Assembly (NCBI GenBank): GCA_963932515.1
Contig: CAWVRT010000008.1
Location: forward strand, 183-64,182
Reading direction: 5' to 3'
From: an uncultured Chitinophagales bacterium
Lineage (GTDB): Bacteria; Bacteroidota; Bacteroidia; Chitinophagales; UBA8649
Length of the DNA stretch: 64,000 nucleotides
Under the pieces are notes generated by a model. The model was not told the DNA's origin. It made no database searches and saw only the letters and a list, made by a program, of their open reading frames with translations. Below are positions 1 through 9,094 of this stretch, piece after piece. Positions within the stretch are counted from its first letter, which is position 1, and each line of letters opens with the position of its first letter. Position numbers and translations under genes: made by a program.

Positions 1-30
1 GGAGGATAAATGTTATTTATCCTCCTTTTT
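1..30. terminator. Intrinsic-terminator-like hairpin at window edge
   Basis: Perfect 10-bp stem ggaggataaa (1-10) / tttatcctcc (16-25) with a 5-nt loop, followed by T5 (26-30). It lies 20 nt beyond the stop of the minus-strand GS gene. The T-run is on the + strand, so it may terminate a + gene outside the window or act bidirectionally. Confidence 0.55.
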
Positions 31-50
31 GTATACTTAGTTTTTAAGAA

Positions 51-2237
51 TTAATTCATAAATAACATTTCTCTATATTTTGGTAAAGGCCAAGTTTTAT
101 TATCTATAACCAATTCCAATTTATCAGCACTATATCTAATAGCTTCAAAGAAAGGAAGAATATCATCACAGTAAGCTTTTGCTTTTTTAGAAGCATCTTC
201 AATCTGGTTAACTTTTTTACGCATATCAACCATTTGGTTAACAGATTTTTCTATTACGTTAATATGTTTGGAAATAAATTCTATCAAATTTATTTGAGAT
301 TCACTGGCGTTTTTACATAAACCAATTTCTTTTAAACCTTTTACGTTTTTTATTAATTGATTTTGATAAGCAATAGCTACAGGAACAATATGGTTTAAAG
401 CTAACTCACCCATAATTCTAGATTCTATTTGAATCTTTAAAATATATTTCTCAAAATAGATTTCTGTTCTTGCTTCTAATTCTATTTCTGAGAAAATGTT
501 ATTTGTAATAAATAACTCTTTAGAAGATTTAGTGTTATAAAAATCTAAAGCATAAGCGGTAGTTTTTACATTTGACAAGCCTCTTTTTTCAGCTTCATCA
601 GCCCATTCTTGACTATAATTATTTCCTTCAAAAAGAATTTTTTTAGAACGTGTTATATATTCTCTAATTACTTTAATAACAGCAGAATCTTTAGTTTCTC
701 CTTTCTTCTTCAAAGTATCAACTTGCTTTTTAAATTTAAGTAATTGATCTGCCATAATTGTATTCATTACAATCATTGGTGCAGCACAATTTGCAGTTGA
801 ACCAACAGCTCTAATCTCAAATTTGTTTCCTGTAAAGGCAAATGGTGACGTCCTATTTCTATCTGTATTGTCTAATAATACATCTGGAATAATATTGTGA
901 ATATTTATTTTTAAATCTGAAACTGATTTTTCATCTAAATCTGTTGCTTTTTCAATTGCTTCTAAAACTTTTGTTAAATGAGAGCCAATAAACACAGAGA
1001 TAATTGCTGGAGGAGCTTCATTTGCACCTAATCTATGATCATTTTCTGCAGAAGTAATTGCTGCTCTTAGTATATCATCATTTTCAGATACTGCTTTAAT
1101 TACGTTGACGAAAAAACTTAAAAATAATAAGTTAGATTTTGGTGTAGATCCAGGAGCTAGCAAGTTTTTGCCTGTGTCAGTACTTAAACTCCAATTGTTA
1201 TGTTTTCCAGAACCATTAATTCCTGCAAATGGTTTTTCGTGCATCAAACATTTAAACTTATGTCTTTTTGCAACTCTTTCTAAAATATCCATAATCAATT
1301 GATTGTGATCAACGGCTATATTTACTTCTTCAAACATTGGTGCTAACTCAAATTGCATTGGTGCAACTTCATTATGACGTGTTCTTACAGGTATTCCTAA
1401 TAAATGCGCTTCTTTTTCAAAGTCCAACATGTAAGCATAAACTCTTTCTGGAATTGCACCAAAATAATGATCATCTAATTGTTGTCCTTTAGCAGGTGCG
1501 TGTCCTAAAAGAGTTCTTCCTGTTAGTACTAGGTCTGGTCTAGCATAATACATTGCTTCATCAATCAAAAAATATTCCTGTTCCCAACCTAAAGTAATAC
1601 CAATTTTTTCAGCATGTCTGTCAAACATTTTTACTACTGGTAAAGCTGCTTCTTCTAATAAAGCGGCAGATTTTAATAAAGGCGCTTTATAATCTAAAGA
1701 TTCTCCTGTGTAAGAAATAAAAATTGTAGGAATACAAAGTGTAATTCCTGCACCAATTTGCATAATAAATGCTGGTGAACTTGGATCCCAAGCAGTATAA
1801 CCTCTTGCTTCAAATGTTTGTCTAATTCCGCCGTTTGGGAAAGAAGATGCATCTGGTTCTTGTTGTATTAATTCTTTACCACCGAATGTTTCAATACCAT
1901 TTCCTGTAGTTGTAGGCTCAAAAAATGAATCATGTTTTTCAGCAGTAGAACCTGTTAATGGTTGAAACCAGTGAGTGTAAGCTTTAGCACCTTTTTCTAT
2001 TGCCCAAGCTTTCATTGCTGACGCTACTTGATCTGCAACTTGTAAATCAATTTTCTTTTTATTGTAAATAGAATCTTTTACACTTTTAAAGGCAGTTTTT
2101 GTTAAATACTGCTGCATTTTTTCAATTGTAAAAACATTTTCTCCAAAATATTCAGAAATATTTTCGTCAGGTAATGTTACATTGATTTTTTTTCTATTTG
2201 TAGCTTCATACAAAGATTTGAAACGAGTATTTTCCAT
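51..2237 (-). CDS. glnN: Glutamine synthetase, type III
   Basis: 728-aa ORF, the length typical of GS type III. GS catalytic-domain motifs are visible (RHNEVAPMQFEL, NGSGKHNNWS). Confidence 0.9.
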   Translation of the reverse strand: MENTRFKSLYEATNRKKINVTLPDENISEYFGENVFTIEKMQQYLTKTAFKSVKDSIYNKKKIDLQVADQVASAMKAWAIEKGAKAYTHWFQPLTGSTAEKHDSFFEPTTTGNGIETFGGKELIQQEPDASSFPNGGIRQTFEARGYTAWDPSSPAFIMQIGAGITLCIPTIFISYTGESLDYKAPLLKSAALLEEAALPVVKMFDRHAEKIGITLGWEQEYFLIDEAMYYARPDLVLTGRTLLGHAPAKGQQLDDHYFGAIPERVYAYMLDFEKEAHLLGIPVRTRHNEVAPMQFELAPMFEEVNIAVDHNQLIMDILERVAKRHKFKCLMHEKPFAGINGSGKHNNWSLSTDTGKNLLAPGSTPKSNLLFLSFFVNVIKAVSENDDILRAAITSAENDHRLGANEAPPAIISVFIGSHLTKVLEAIEKATDLDEKSVSDLKINIHNIIPDVLLDNTDRNRTSPFAFTGNKFEIRAVGSTANCAAPMIVMNTIMADQLLKFKKQVDTLKKKGETKDSAVIKVIREYITRSKKILFEGNNYSQEWADEAEKRGLSNVKTTAYALDFYNTKSSKELFITNNIFSEIELEARTEIYFEKYILKIQIESRIMGELALNHIVPVAIAYQNQLIKNVKGLKEIGLCKNASESQINLIEFISKHINVIEKSVNQMVDMRKKVNQIEDASKKAKAYCDDILPFFEAIRYSADKLELVIDNKTWPLPKYREMLFMN

Positions 2238-2269
2238 AATGTACTTTTAGTTAATTTTTAAAATTTATG

Positions 2270-2277
2270 CAAAATTA
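2270..2277 (-). promoter_or_regulatory. Candidate Bacteroidota -7 promoter box (TAATTTTG) for the GS gene
   Basis: The minus strand reads TAATTTTG, matching the TAnnTTTG consensus known for Bacteroidota sigma-A promoters. It sits about 33-40 nt upstream of the ATG at 2237. Confidence 0.4.
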
Positions 2278-2300
2278 TAGCTAAAAATTGGTAAAACATA

Positions 2301-2379
2301 CTTTTTGTCAATAAAAAAGTGAAAAATATTAGAAGTAATTATATAAAACTTTCTTTTTGTCGATAAAAAAGTGAAAAAT
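2301..2379. repeat. Two copies of a 27-bp direct repeat in the GS upstream region
   Basis: ctttttgtcaataaaaaagtgaaaaat (2301-2327) and ctttttgtcgataaaaaagtgaaaaat (2353-2379) differ at 1 position. Spacing is 52 bp start to start. Confidence 0.9.
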
Positions 2380-2397
2380 TAAAATTATTGGCATTCA

Positions 2398-2808
2398 TTA
2401 TTCTACATACTTTTCTAAGGCAACTATAATTTCATTTGGACAAGATATTACTTTCCCCTCAGGGTTCATGAATACTAAAACTATCTCACTTTTGTTTAAT
2501 AACACTCCTTTTTCATTGAAAATCTCTGTATAAAATATTATTTTTCTACTGGGAGTTCCTTTAATGGCTGTTTTTAAAGTTAATAAGTCATCATACTTAG
2601 CAGAACCAAGAAAACGAGTATTCATATTTACTACTGGCAATAAAACTCCTTTCGCTTCCATTTCTTTATAAGAATAAGCTACACTTCTTAGCATTTCTGT
2701 TCTAGCTTGTTCTAAGTACAAAGCATAATTTCCATAATAGACAAAACCCATTTGGTCGGTTTCTCCATATCTTACTCTTATTTGAAATTCAAAAGAATTT
2801 TTAGACAT
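2398..2808 (-). CDS. Acyl-CoA thioesterase, YbgC/4HBT hot-dog family
   Basis: 136 aa with the N-terminal motif RVRYGETDQMGFVYYGNY, typical of 4-hydroxybenzoyl-CoA thioesterase-like proteins. Confidence 0.8.
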   Translation of the reverse strand: MSKNSFEFQIRVRYGETDQMGFVYYGNYALYLEQARTEMLRSVAYSYKEMEAKGVLLPVVNMNTRFLGSAKYDDLLTLKTAIKGTPSRKIIFYTEIFNEKGVLLNKSEIVLVFMNPEGKVISCPNEIIVALEKYVE

Positions 2809-2809
2809 C

Positions 2810-3838
2810 TTATTTGTAGATTTTTAATTTATTTAAAGCTCGCTGATATTTTCTAGCAGAAGCGTTATGCGCAGATAAATTTTTATTAAAATCATGTCTA
2901 CCATTTAAATCTGCATGCGCACAAAAATATAAGTACTTGTGTTTTTCGGCATTCAATACAGCATCAATAGTACTAGTTTCTGGTAGGCAAATTGGCCCAG
3001 GAGGTAATCCGTTAATGTAATACGTGTTGTATGGATGAGGATTTTGAGTGTGAATGTTTAAAACTCTTTTTAATGATAAATCTCCCCAAGCAAATTTGCA
3101 AGTAGGATCTGCTTGTAAAGGCATCTTTATATTTAGTCTATTTAAATAAACACCTGCAATTCTTGTTCTTTCATCTGCATATTTATATTCTTTCTCTACG
3201 ATAGAAGCCAATATAAAAACCTCATCTACTGTTAAGTTTAAAGCTTTTGCTTTAGTTTTCCGTGAATTAGTCCAGAATGAATCATGTTCTTTTATCATTT
3301 TCTGAACAAAACCTATTTGATCAGTAGTCCAATATACTTGATAAGTATTAGGAATAAACTGACACATAATATTGTCTTTATTAAAGCCAAACTTTTTTAA
3401 TTCTCTTTCATCGTTTAAAAATCTTAATAAACTTGTAGAGTCAATATCTAATTGTTTGGAAATTTTTTCTGCCAAATCGTTTTTGAAATTTATATTATTA
3501 ATAACCAATTTAACGGCAGTTTGTTTCCCGCTTCTTAGGTCTCTAATCACATTTATATAATTTGTTCCTTTTTGAAATACATATTTACCTGGACGGATTT
3601 TATTTTTTAAATTCATCTTCGTGGCCAAAAGGTCAAACACTTTTTCATCCTTAACAATACCTTTATCTTGAAGTTTTTCTAACAATTCAGCATAATTACT
3701 TTCTTCCTGAATAAAGATGGTTGTTTCTTGACCTACAATAACAGCAAAGACTTTACTATAGATAGTGTAAGCTCCAAATGTTCCAATTATTAAAGAGAAT
3801 AATAATAAGTAGTAAATTATTTTTTTCATTAAAAGCAA
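2810..3838 (-). CDS. mltG: Endolytic murein transglycosylase MltG (YceG-like)
   Basis: N-terminal TM helix plus family motifs LASIVEKE and YNTYYINGLPPGPI. The true start may be the Met 3 codons downstream (MKKIIYY). Confidence 0.85.
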   Translation of the reverse strand: MLLMKKIIYYLLLFSLIIGTFGAYTIYSKVFAVIVGQETTIFIQEESNYAELLEKLQDKGIVKDEKVFDLLATKMNLKNKIRPGKYVFQKGTNYINVIRDLRSGKQTAVKLVINNINFKNDLAEKISKQLDIDSTSLLRFLNDERELKKFGFNKDNIMCQFIPNTYQVYWTTDQIGFVQKMIKEHDSFWTNSRKTKAKALNLTVDEVFILASIVEKEYKYADERTRIAGVYLNRLNIKMPLQADPTCKFAWGDLSLKRVLNIHTQNPHPYNTYYINGLPPGPICLPETSTIDAVLNAEKHKYLYFCAHADLNGRHDFNKNLSAHNASARKYQRALNKLKIYK

Positions 3839-3950
3839 AGGTATAAATTTTTGATGAAGACATTCTATTCAAAAATAAAGAGTATTTAGCTTATATTAAT
3901 TTGGTAAATTTTACAACTTTTAATAATAGATAGATATCTTTGATGTGTAA

Positions 3951-5219
3951 ATGATACTTTTAAAAATAATAGTAGAGAGTTTTGTAATGGCTTCCAAAGA
4001 GTTGTTTTCTAGCAAGATGCGTTCTTTTTTGAGCTTGTTTGGAATTTCTATTGGTATATTGTGTCTTATATCTGTTTTTTCAGCAGTAGATTCTTTAGAA
4101 CAAAATATTAAGAAAAGTATTACAAATTTAGGTGGAGATATAATTTATGTAGGAAAATGGCCATGGTTAATGACGGAAGAATACCCTTGGTGGAGATATA
4201 TTCAGAGACCATCTGTTAGTAAAGAAGATTTTTATGCATTAGAAGGAAAAGTAAAAACGGCAGAAGCAATGGCCTTATGGCTTTCTGTAAATCAGTTTAC
4301 GCTAAAAAATGGGAATGAATACATAGAGGATATAAATACTTTTGCTGTAACTAAAGATTATAATATTGTTAGGGAATTTCAATTAGAACAGGGAAGGTAC
4401 TTTTCGGATTTAGAGTTTCAAAAAGAATCTCCAAAAGTTATTTTAGGAAACTTAGTAGCAAAAGCTTTGTTCACTAATTTAAGAACTGCCGTAGGATCAA
4501 AAATCACTATAGGTGGCACACCAGTAGAAGTTATAGGAGTCCTAAAAAAAGAAGGTGCTGATATTTTAGGAATAAATAAAGGCTTTGGTTTAGACAATAC
4601 GATATACGTAACAGTAATTTATGCTAGTACTTATCTGGATGTAAAAAAAAATGGCGACCCAAGTATCATGGTAAAAGCTAGAGAAAATATTCCACTAGTG
4701 GAAGTAGAGGCGGAGCTAGTTGGAAAAATGAGAATTGTAAGAAGATTATCGCCAAAGCAAGATGATAATTTTGCTTTGAATAAAATAGATGTTTTTACCA
4801 AAGTTTTTGAGCCTGTTTTTTCTACCATGTTTTTAATTGGTTTATTAATTGGTGGCTTTTCTATAATTGTAGGGGTGTTTGGTATTGCAAATATCATGTT
4901 TGTTTCGGTAAAAGAAAGAACGTCTATAATTGGCGTTAAAAAAGCTTTAGGAGCCAAAAGAATTTATATTCTATTAGAATTTTTTATAGAAGCCGTATTA
5001 TTAAGTTTTTTTGGAGGAATAATAGGATTGTTGTCTGTCATGCTATTATTTGGCTTAATGAATATGATTATGGTAGATTCTGGATTTGTTTTATCTATTT
5101 CTCAAAATAATATGATAATTGGATTGAGTATTTCTGTTTTGTCAGGAATTTTTGCAGGCTTTATTCCTGCTTATATTGCTTCTAAAATGAAACCTGTAGA
5201 TGCTATTCGTTCGGCATAA
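3951..5219 (+). CDS. ABC transporter permease, FtsX/MacB-like
   Basis: 422 aa with an N-terminal TM (MRSFLSLFGISIGI), a large periplasmic domain, and a C-terminal FtsX module with the IGVKKALGAKR motif followed by 3 TM helices. Confidence 0.85.
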   Translation: MILLKIIVESFVMASKELFSSKMRSFLSLFGISIGILCLISVFSAVDSLEQNIKKSITNLGGDIIYVGKWPWLMTEEYPWWRYIQRPSVSKEDFYALEGKVKTAEAMALWLSVNQFTLKNGNEYIEDINTFAVTKDYNIVREFQLEQGRYFSDLEFQKESPKVILGNLVAKALFTNLRTAVGSKITIGGTPVEVIGVLKKEGADILGINKGFGLDNTIYVTVIYASTYLDVKKNGDPSIMVKARENIPLVEVEAELVGKMRIVRRLSPKQDDNFALNKIDVFTKVFEPVFSTMFLIGLLIGGFSIIVGVFGIANIMFVSVKERTSIIGVKKALGAKRIYILLEFFIEAVLLSFFGGIIGLLSVMLLFGLMNMIMVDSGFVLSISQNNMIIGLSISVLSGIFAGFIPAYIASKMKPVDAIRSA

Positions 5220-5359
5220 TTTTAATTAGAATAGTTTAAATAGGAATTTTGATGCGATAAGTGTTGATAATGAATTGTTAAATAGTTCTTAATAGATAAT
5301 ATTATTTAAAATTAATTCCTATATTTGAAATATCACAAAAAAATAAAAAACTAAAAAAT

Positions 5360-6052
5360 ATGAGAAAAATTACATTGGTATTATTGGTTATGGTAACTGT
5401 ATTTACAAGTTCTTTTGCACAAATTGCAGGTTCTGATTGCAAAAATACATGTGAAGTAGAAAGAGTTGTACAAGAAGGAGCTTTTATGGGTGTTAAAGTT
5501 CAAGGAATTAGCTGTACTTCAGCTTATTATGGCGTTTATATAATGCAAGTACTACCAAATACTGCAGCAGAAAAGTTTAATTTTAAAGTAAAAGATATTA
5601 TAGTATCTGTAGATGGGCATGATTTATATACTACAAAAGAATTGGTAGATTTAATTGCTTCTTATGAGCCTTCTGATATTGTCTCTATAGTATTTAAAAG
5701 AAATGGAAAAGAACAAGAATTAGATGTTGTTTTAGGAGCGAAATCAACTAAAATTGTAAAAGAAACAATCTGTTGTGATAATACTGATGTTTACTTCAAT
5801 GAAATGAATATGACATTGTATCCTAATCCTGCAATTAATGCAGTAAATTTGAGCATGGATGAAGCTGAAGCTGGAAAATATACTTTCCAAGTATTTAACA
5901 CAATTGGGGCAGAAGTATTTGTAGCTGTTGAATCTTTTGATGCTGGATTTTCTAAAAGTATTGAGTTGTCATATTTAAGTGCTGGAGAATATTTTGTAAA
6001 AATTTCTAAAGGGAAAAGTACTTTTACTAAAACATTAGTAGTCGCTAAATAA
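5360..6052 (+). CDS. Secreted PDZ-domain protein with T9SS C-terminal sorting domain
   Basis: Signal peptide, a PDZ-like segment (GVYIMQVLPNTAAEKFNFKVKDIIVSVDG), and a C-terminal LYPNPAINAVNL...YFVKISKG...LVVAK sorting-domain pattern. Confidence 0.75.
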   Translation: MRKITLVLLVMVTVFTSSFAQIAGSDCKNTCEVERVVQEGAFMGVKVQGISCTSAYYGVYIMQVLPNTAAEKFNFKVKDIIVSVDGHDLYTTKELVDLIASYEPSDIVSIVFKRNGKEQELDVVLGAKSTKIVKETICCDNTDVYFNEMNMTLYPNPAINAVNLSMDEAEAGKYTFQVFNTIGAEVFVAVESFDAGFSKSIELSYLSAGEYFVKISKGKSTFTKTLVVAK

Positions 6053-6073
6053 TTATTTAGTTCAAAAAAACTA

Positions 6074-6108
6074 AAAGCCTTGATAATTATAATTATCAAG
6101 GCTTTTTT
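6074..6108. terminator. Bidirectional intrinsic terminator
   Basis: Perfect palindrome aaaagccttgataatt-a-aattatcaaggctttt flanked by an A-run and a T-run, between convergent genes (5360-6052 + and 6190-6630 -). Confidence 0.85.
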
Positions 6109-6189
6109 ATGTAGTTAACTTTAGGCTAAGCGTCATTATGTTCGTGCATTATTCGTTACAACCTAAGAGGCTATCTAGTGAAAATGAAT

Positions 6190-6630
6190 TTAAAAATTAC
6201 AATTAGCACAAACACCTTTTATTACTAAATTGGCTTCTGCCATTATAAACTTAGGAGGCAATTCAATTTTAGGGATGTTATGCGTATTTAAACAAAATGT
6301 TTCTTTACATTCATTACAATGAAAATGATAGTGTTGATCCTTAACTTCTAAAGTAGATTCTTCTAAATTTAACGCATATTTTGCCATCCCTGTACCATCT
6401 TCAATACTATGAATTAAACCATTTTCTTCAAAAGTTTTTAAGGTTCTATATAAAGTACTCGTATCGGCTTTAAAGAAATGAGACTCTAAATCTTTCAAAG
6501 CGACCGAACTTGTAATTTCTGTTAAGTATTGCAAGACCAACAATCTCATAGCAGTAGGTTTGATATTGCTATTTGTTAATTTATTTTCGAGTTCTTCGTT
6601 CATTATCATTAATGATTTAATTGATTTCAA
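6190..6630 (-). CDS. Fur-family metalloregulator
   Basis: 146 aa with a winged-helix region (RLLVLQYL, LYRTLKTFEENGLIH) and metal-site motifs HYHFHCNEC and CANC. The subfamily (Fur/Zur/PerR) cannot be decided from sequence alone. Confidence 0.8.
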   Translation of the reverse strand: MKSIKSLMIMNEELENKLTNSNIKPTAMRLLVLQYLTEITSSVALKDLESHFFKADTSTLYRTLKTFEENGLIHSIEDGTGMAKYALNLEESTLEVKDQHYHFHCNECKETFCLNTHNIPKIELPPKFIMAEANLVIKGVCANCNF

Positions 6631-6813
6631 AGTTACTAAAAACTATGTGTTATTGAGTAACTATTTAACCAAAACAAGTAAAAGAGCTTAATGAATTGAG
6701 TTAGATACTAATAAGTTGGAAGTTACAAATTTTAGCTGACTGGTGTAATAAAATTAAACTTTTTTGACTAAATGGTTTGTTGAAGGTGCGCATTTTAATT
6801 TAATTGTAAATAA

Positions 6814-7515
6814 TCACATTTTCAAATAAAAGTCTTTCACTAGTTCTATGTATTCTTTAGTGTACTTATGTCTTGAAATTTCAATCGAGATTGTTTCTTC
6901 CTTAATTTCTGTTTCTTTAACACTAAATTCAACTAATATTCGTTTGATTTCCGTTTTAATATTTCCTTTTACATAAAGAATATTATTCAAAAATAACTGC
7001 TGCTCTTTTGCTATTGAAATAAAGTTTTCTTTTTCACTAAAAGGAAGAATAAAAGAAGCTTTACCATTTGTTGTTAGGAGGGAGGCTGTTCTTTCCAGCA
7101 GATAATTGAAACTTAAACTTTCTGTTTGTCTTGCGTTATTTCTAGAATTACTCTCTGCTTTAAAGGTATTGTTAAAAAAAGGAGGATTAGAAACTATTAA
7201 ATCAAATTTTTCTTGCGTTTGAAAATCTTGTAGACTAGTCTGTTTGACAATAATTCTATCTTTCCATTTAGAGTCTTCTATATTTTCATTGGCTTGTATT
7301 GCAGCGCCTTTATCAATTTCAATAGCAAGTATTTGCGCAGATTTATTCTTTTGCGCAAGCATTAAGCTAATTAAACCCGTTCCAGTCCCAATGTCTATTA
7401 TACTCTTTGCGTTTTTACAATTTACCCAAGCACCCAACAATACACCGTCAGTACCAACTTTCATAGCTGTTTTGTCTTGATGTAGTTTAAATTGTTTGAA
7501 GTGGAATGGTTTCAT
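6814..7515 (-). CDS. tRNA (adenine-N6)-methyltransferase, YfiC/TrmN6-like class I SAM MTase
   Basis: SAM motif I (IDIGTGTGLISLMLA) and N6-adenine MTase motif IV (NPPFF). Confidence 0.75.
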   Translation of the reverse strand: MKPFHFKQFKLHQDKTAMKVGTDGVLLGAWVNCKNAKSIIDIGTGTGLISLMLAQKNKSAQILAIEIDKGAAIQANENIEDSKWKDRIIVKQTSLQDFQTQEKFDLIVSNPPFFNNTFKAESNSRNNARQTESLSFNYLLERTASLLTTNGKASFILPFSEKENFISIAKEQQLFLNNILYVKGNIKTEIKRILVEFSVKETEIKEETISIEISRHKYTKEYIELVKDFYLKM

Positions 7516-7524
7516 TAAATCTAA

Positions 7525-9012
7525 CTATAAAGTTCTATTCCTCTTCCAATTAGAAGAATTATCAGAACTACTAGCTACAACTTCTTTCGCTTTAGTATTA
7601 GAAGAACTATAAATATGGTCAGCTAAAAGCGCTACTATTTCCATCTCTTCTTCATTATGTTGTTGTAAGTATTCAGGTTTAAAATGTTCTGGAACAAAGT
7701 GAGTATCAAAGTTTCCACTTACAAAAGCTTCATGATTCATGACAAAAAGACCAAAATTTAAAGTGTTTTTAATTCCTTTAATTTCATATTCTTTGATAGC
7801 ACGTTTCATTTTATTTATAGCATCGGTTCTGTCTACTCCGTGAACCACTAATTTAGAAATCATTGGATCATAATAAATAGGAATTTCCATGCCTTCTTCA
7901 AAACCGTCATCCACTCTAATTCCTAAACCTTCAGGTTTTCTATATTTTTCTAACTTTCCAATATCTGGTAAAAAGTTATTACAAGGATCTTCTGCATAAA
8001 TTCTCAGTTCAATAGAATGACCATTTATTTTTAAATCTGCTTGCGTAAAAGATAATTTTTCTCCTCTCGCAACTTTTATTTGTTCTTTTACTAAATCTAT
8101 TCCTGTTATCATTTCAGAAACAGTATGTTCTACTTGCAGTCTAGTATTCATTTCTAAAAAGTAGTAATTCATATCTGCGTCTAGTAAAAACTCAACAGTT
8201 CCCGCACCAGAGTAGTTACAAGCACGTGCTACATTTATAGCATCATTACCCATTTTTTCTCTTAATTCAGGTGTTAAAACGCAAGAAGGTGCTTCTTCAA
8301 TAACTTTTTGATGTCTTCTTTGAATAGAACATTCTCTATCAAATAAATAAACAATATTGCCATGGTTATCACATAACAATTGAATTTCTATGTGCCTAGG
8401 GTTTTTTACGTATTTTTCTATAAAAACTGCACCGTCACCAAAAGAAGAAATAGCTTCACTAACAGCTCTATCCATTTGTTCTTCAAAATCTTCTAATTTT
8501 TTAACAATACGCATTCCTTTACCACCACCACCGGCAGAAGCTTTTACCAAAATAGGAAAACCAATTTCTACGGCTCTACCTTTTGCTTTTTGTACGTCTG
8601 AAATAGCTGTTTCTGTACCAGGAACTAAAGGTGTATTGTATTTTGCTACAGCTTCTTTTGCCGCCAATTTAGAACCCATTAATTCCATTGCTTCTGGAGA
8701 GGGGCCTATAAATACGATACCACTATCTGTTACTTTTCTTGCAAAATCTGCATTTTCCGATAAAAATCCAAATCCTGGATGAATACCATCTACATTTAAC
8801 TCTTTACAGATTTCAATTATTTTATCGCCTAAAAGGTAAGATTCACTAGAATGAGATGGGCCTAGTAATACGGCTTCATCTGCAGCTTTTACGTGTACTG
8901 CATTTCTGTCAATTTCTGAATAAACTGCAACGGTCTTTATGCCCATTTCTTCTGCAGAACGAATTATTCTTAAAGCAATTTCCCCTCTATTGGCAATCAA
9001 TATCTTTTTCAT
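7525..9012 (-). CDS. accC: Biotin carboxylase (acetyl/acyl-CoA carboxylase subunit)
   Basis: MKKILIANRGEIALRIIR N-terminus, ATP-grasp GGGGKGMR, and EMNTRLQVEH. I place the start at the internal Met (9012) rather than the ORF-track 9075, because homologs begin at MKKILIANRGE. No BCCP gene is adjacent. Confidence 0.9.
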   Translation of the reverse strand: MKKILIANRGEIALRIIRSAEEMGIKTVAVYSEIDRNAVHVKAADEAVLLGPSHSSESYLLGDKIIEICKELNVDGIHPGFGFLSENADFARKVTDSGIVFIGPSPEAMELMGSKLAAKEAVAKYNTPLVPGTETAISDVQKAKGRAVEIGFPILVKASAGGGGKGMRIVKKLEDFEEQMDRAVSEAISSFGDGAVFIEKYVKNPRHIEIQLLCDNHGNIVYLFDRECSIQRRHQKVIEEAPSCVLTPELREKMGNDAINVARACNYSGAGTVEFLLDADMNYYFLEMNTRLQVEHTVSEMITGIDLVKEQIKVARGEKLSFTQADLKINGHSIELRIYAEDPCNNFLPDIGKLEKYRKPEGLGIRVDDGFEEGMEIPIYYDPMISKLVVHGVDRTDAINKMKRAIKEYEIKGIKNTLNFGLFVMNHEAFVSGNFDTHFVPEHFKPEYLQQHNEEEMEIVALLADHIYSSSNTKAKEVVASSSDNSSNWKRNRTL

Positions 9013-9094
9013 AAATCTAAATTGTGGCTCAAATTTAAGATTTTTAAGTCTTTCTTTGAAATTAATTCCCAACATTAAAATAATAAAGAGCGAA

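Noticed and set aside
6631-6662. Inverted repeat agttact-N18-agtaact abutting the fur-family gene start, considered as a Fur-box-like operator.
   Set aside because: The arms are only 7 bp in AT-rich DNA, which chance can produce. There is no resemblance to the known 19-bp Fur-box consensus.
8390-8782. Antisense or alternate-frame ORFs inside strong genes. Examples are 1105-1302, 3372-3560, 4631-4957, 5791-6099, 7244-7480, 8390-8782, 20985-21344, 23159-23503, 45566-45757, 51148-51399, 56746-56952, 58732-58989, 59128-59523 and 62125-62373.
   Set aside because: Each is fully embedded in a longer ORF with clear family motifs. Their translations are low-complexity or hydrophobic, as expected from AT-rich antisense strands, and none carries a recognisable motif.
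7525-9075. The 21-codon N-terminal extension of the biotin carboxylase ORF (start at 9075).
   Set aside because: Biotin carboxylases begin at the conserved MKKILIANRGE, which is present at 9012. The extension has no counterpart in the family as I know it.
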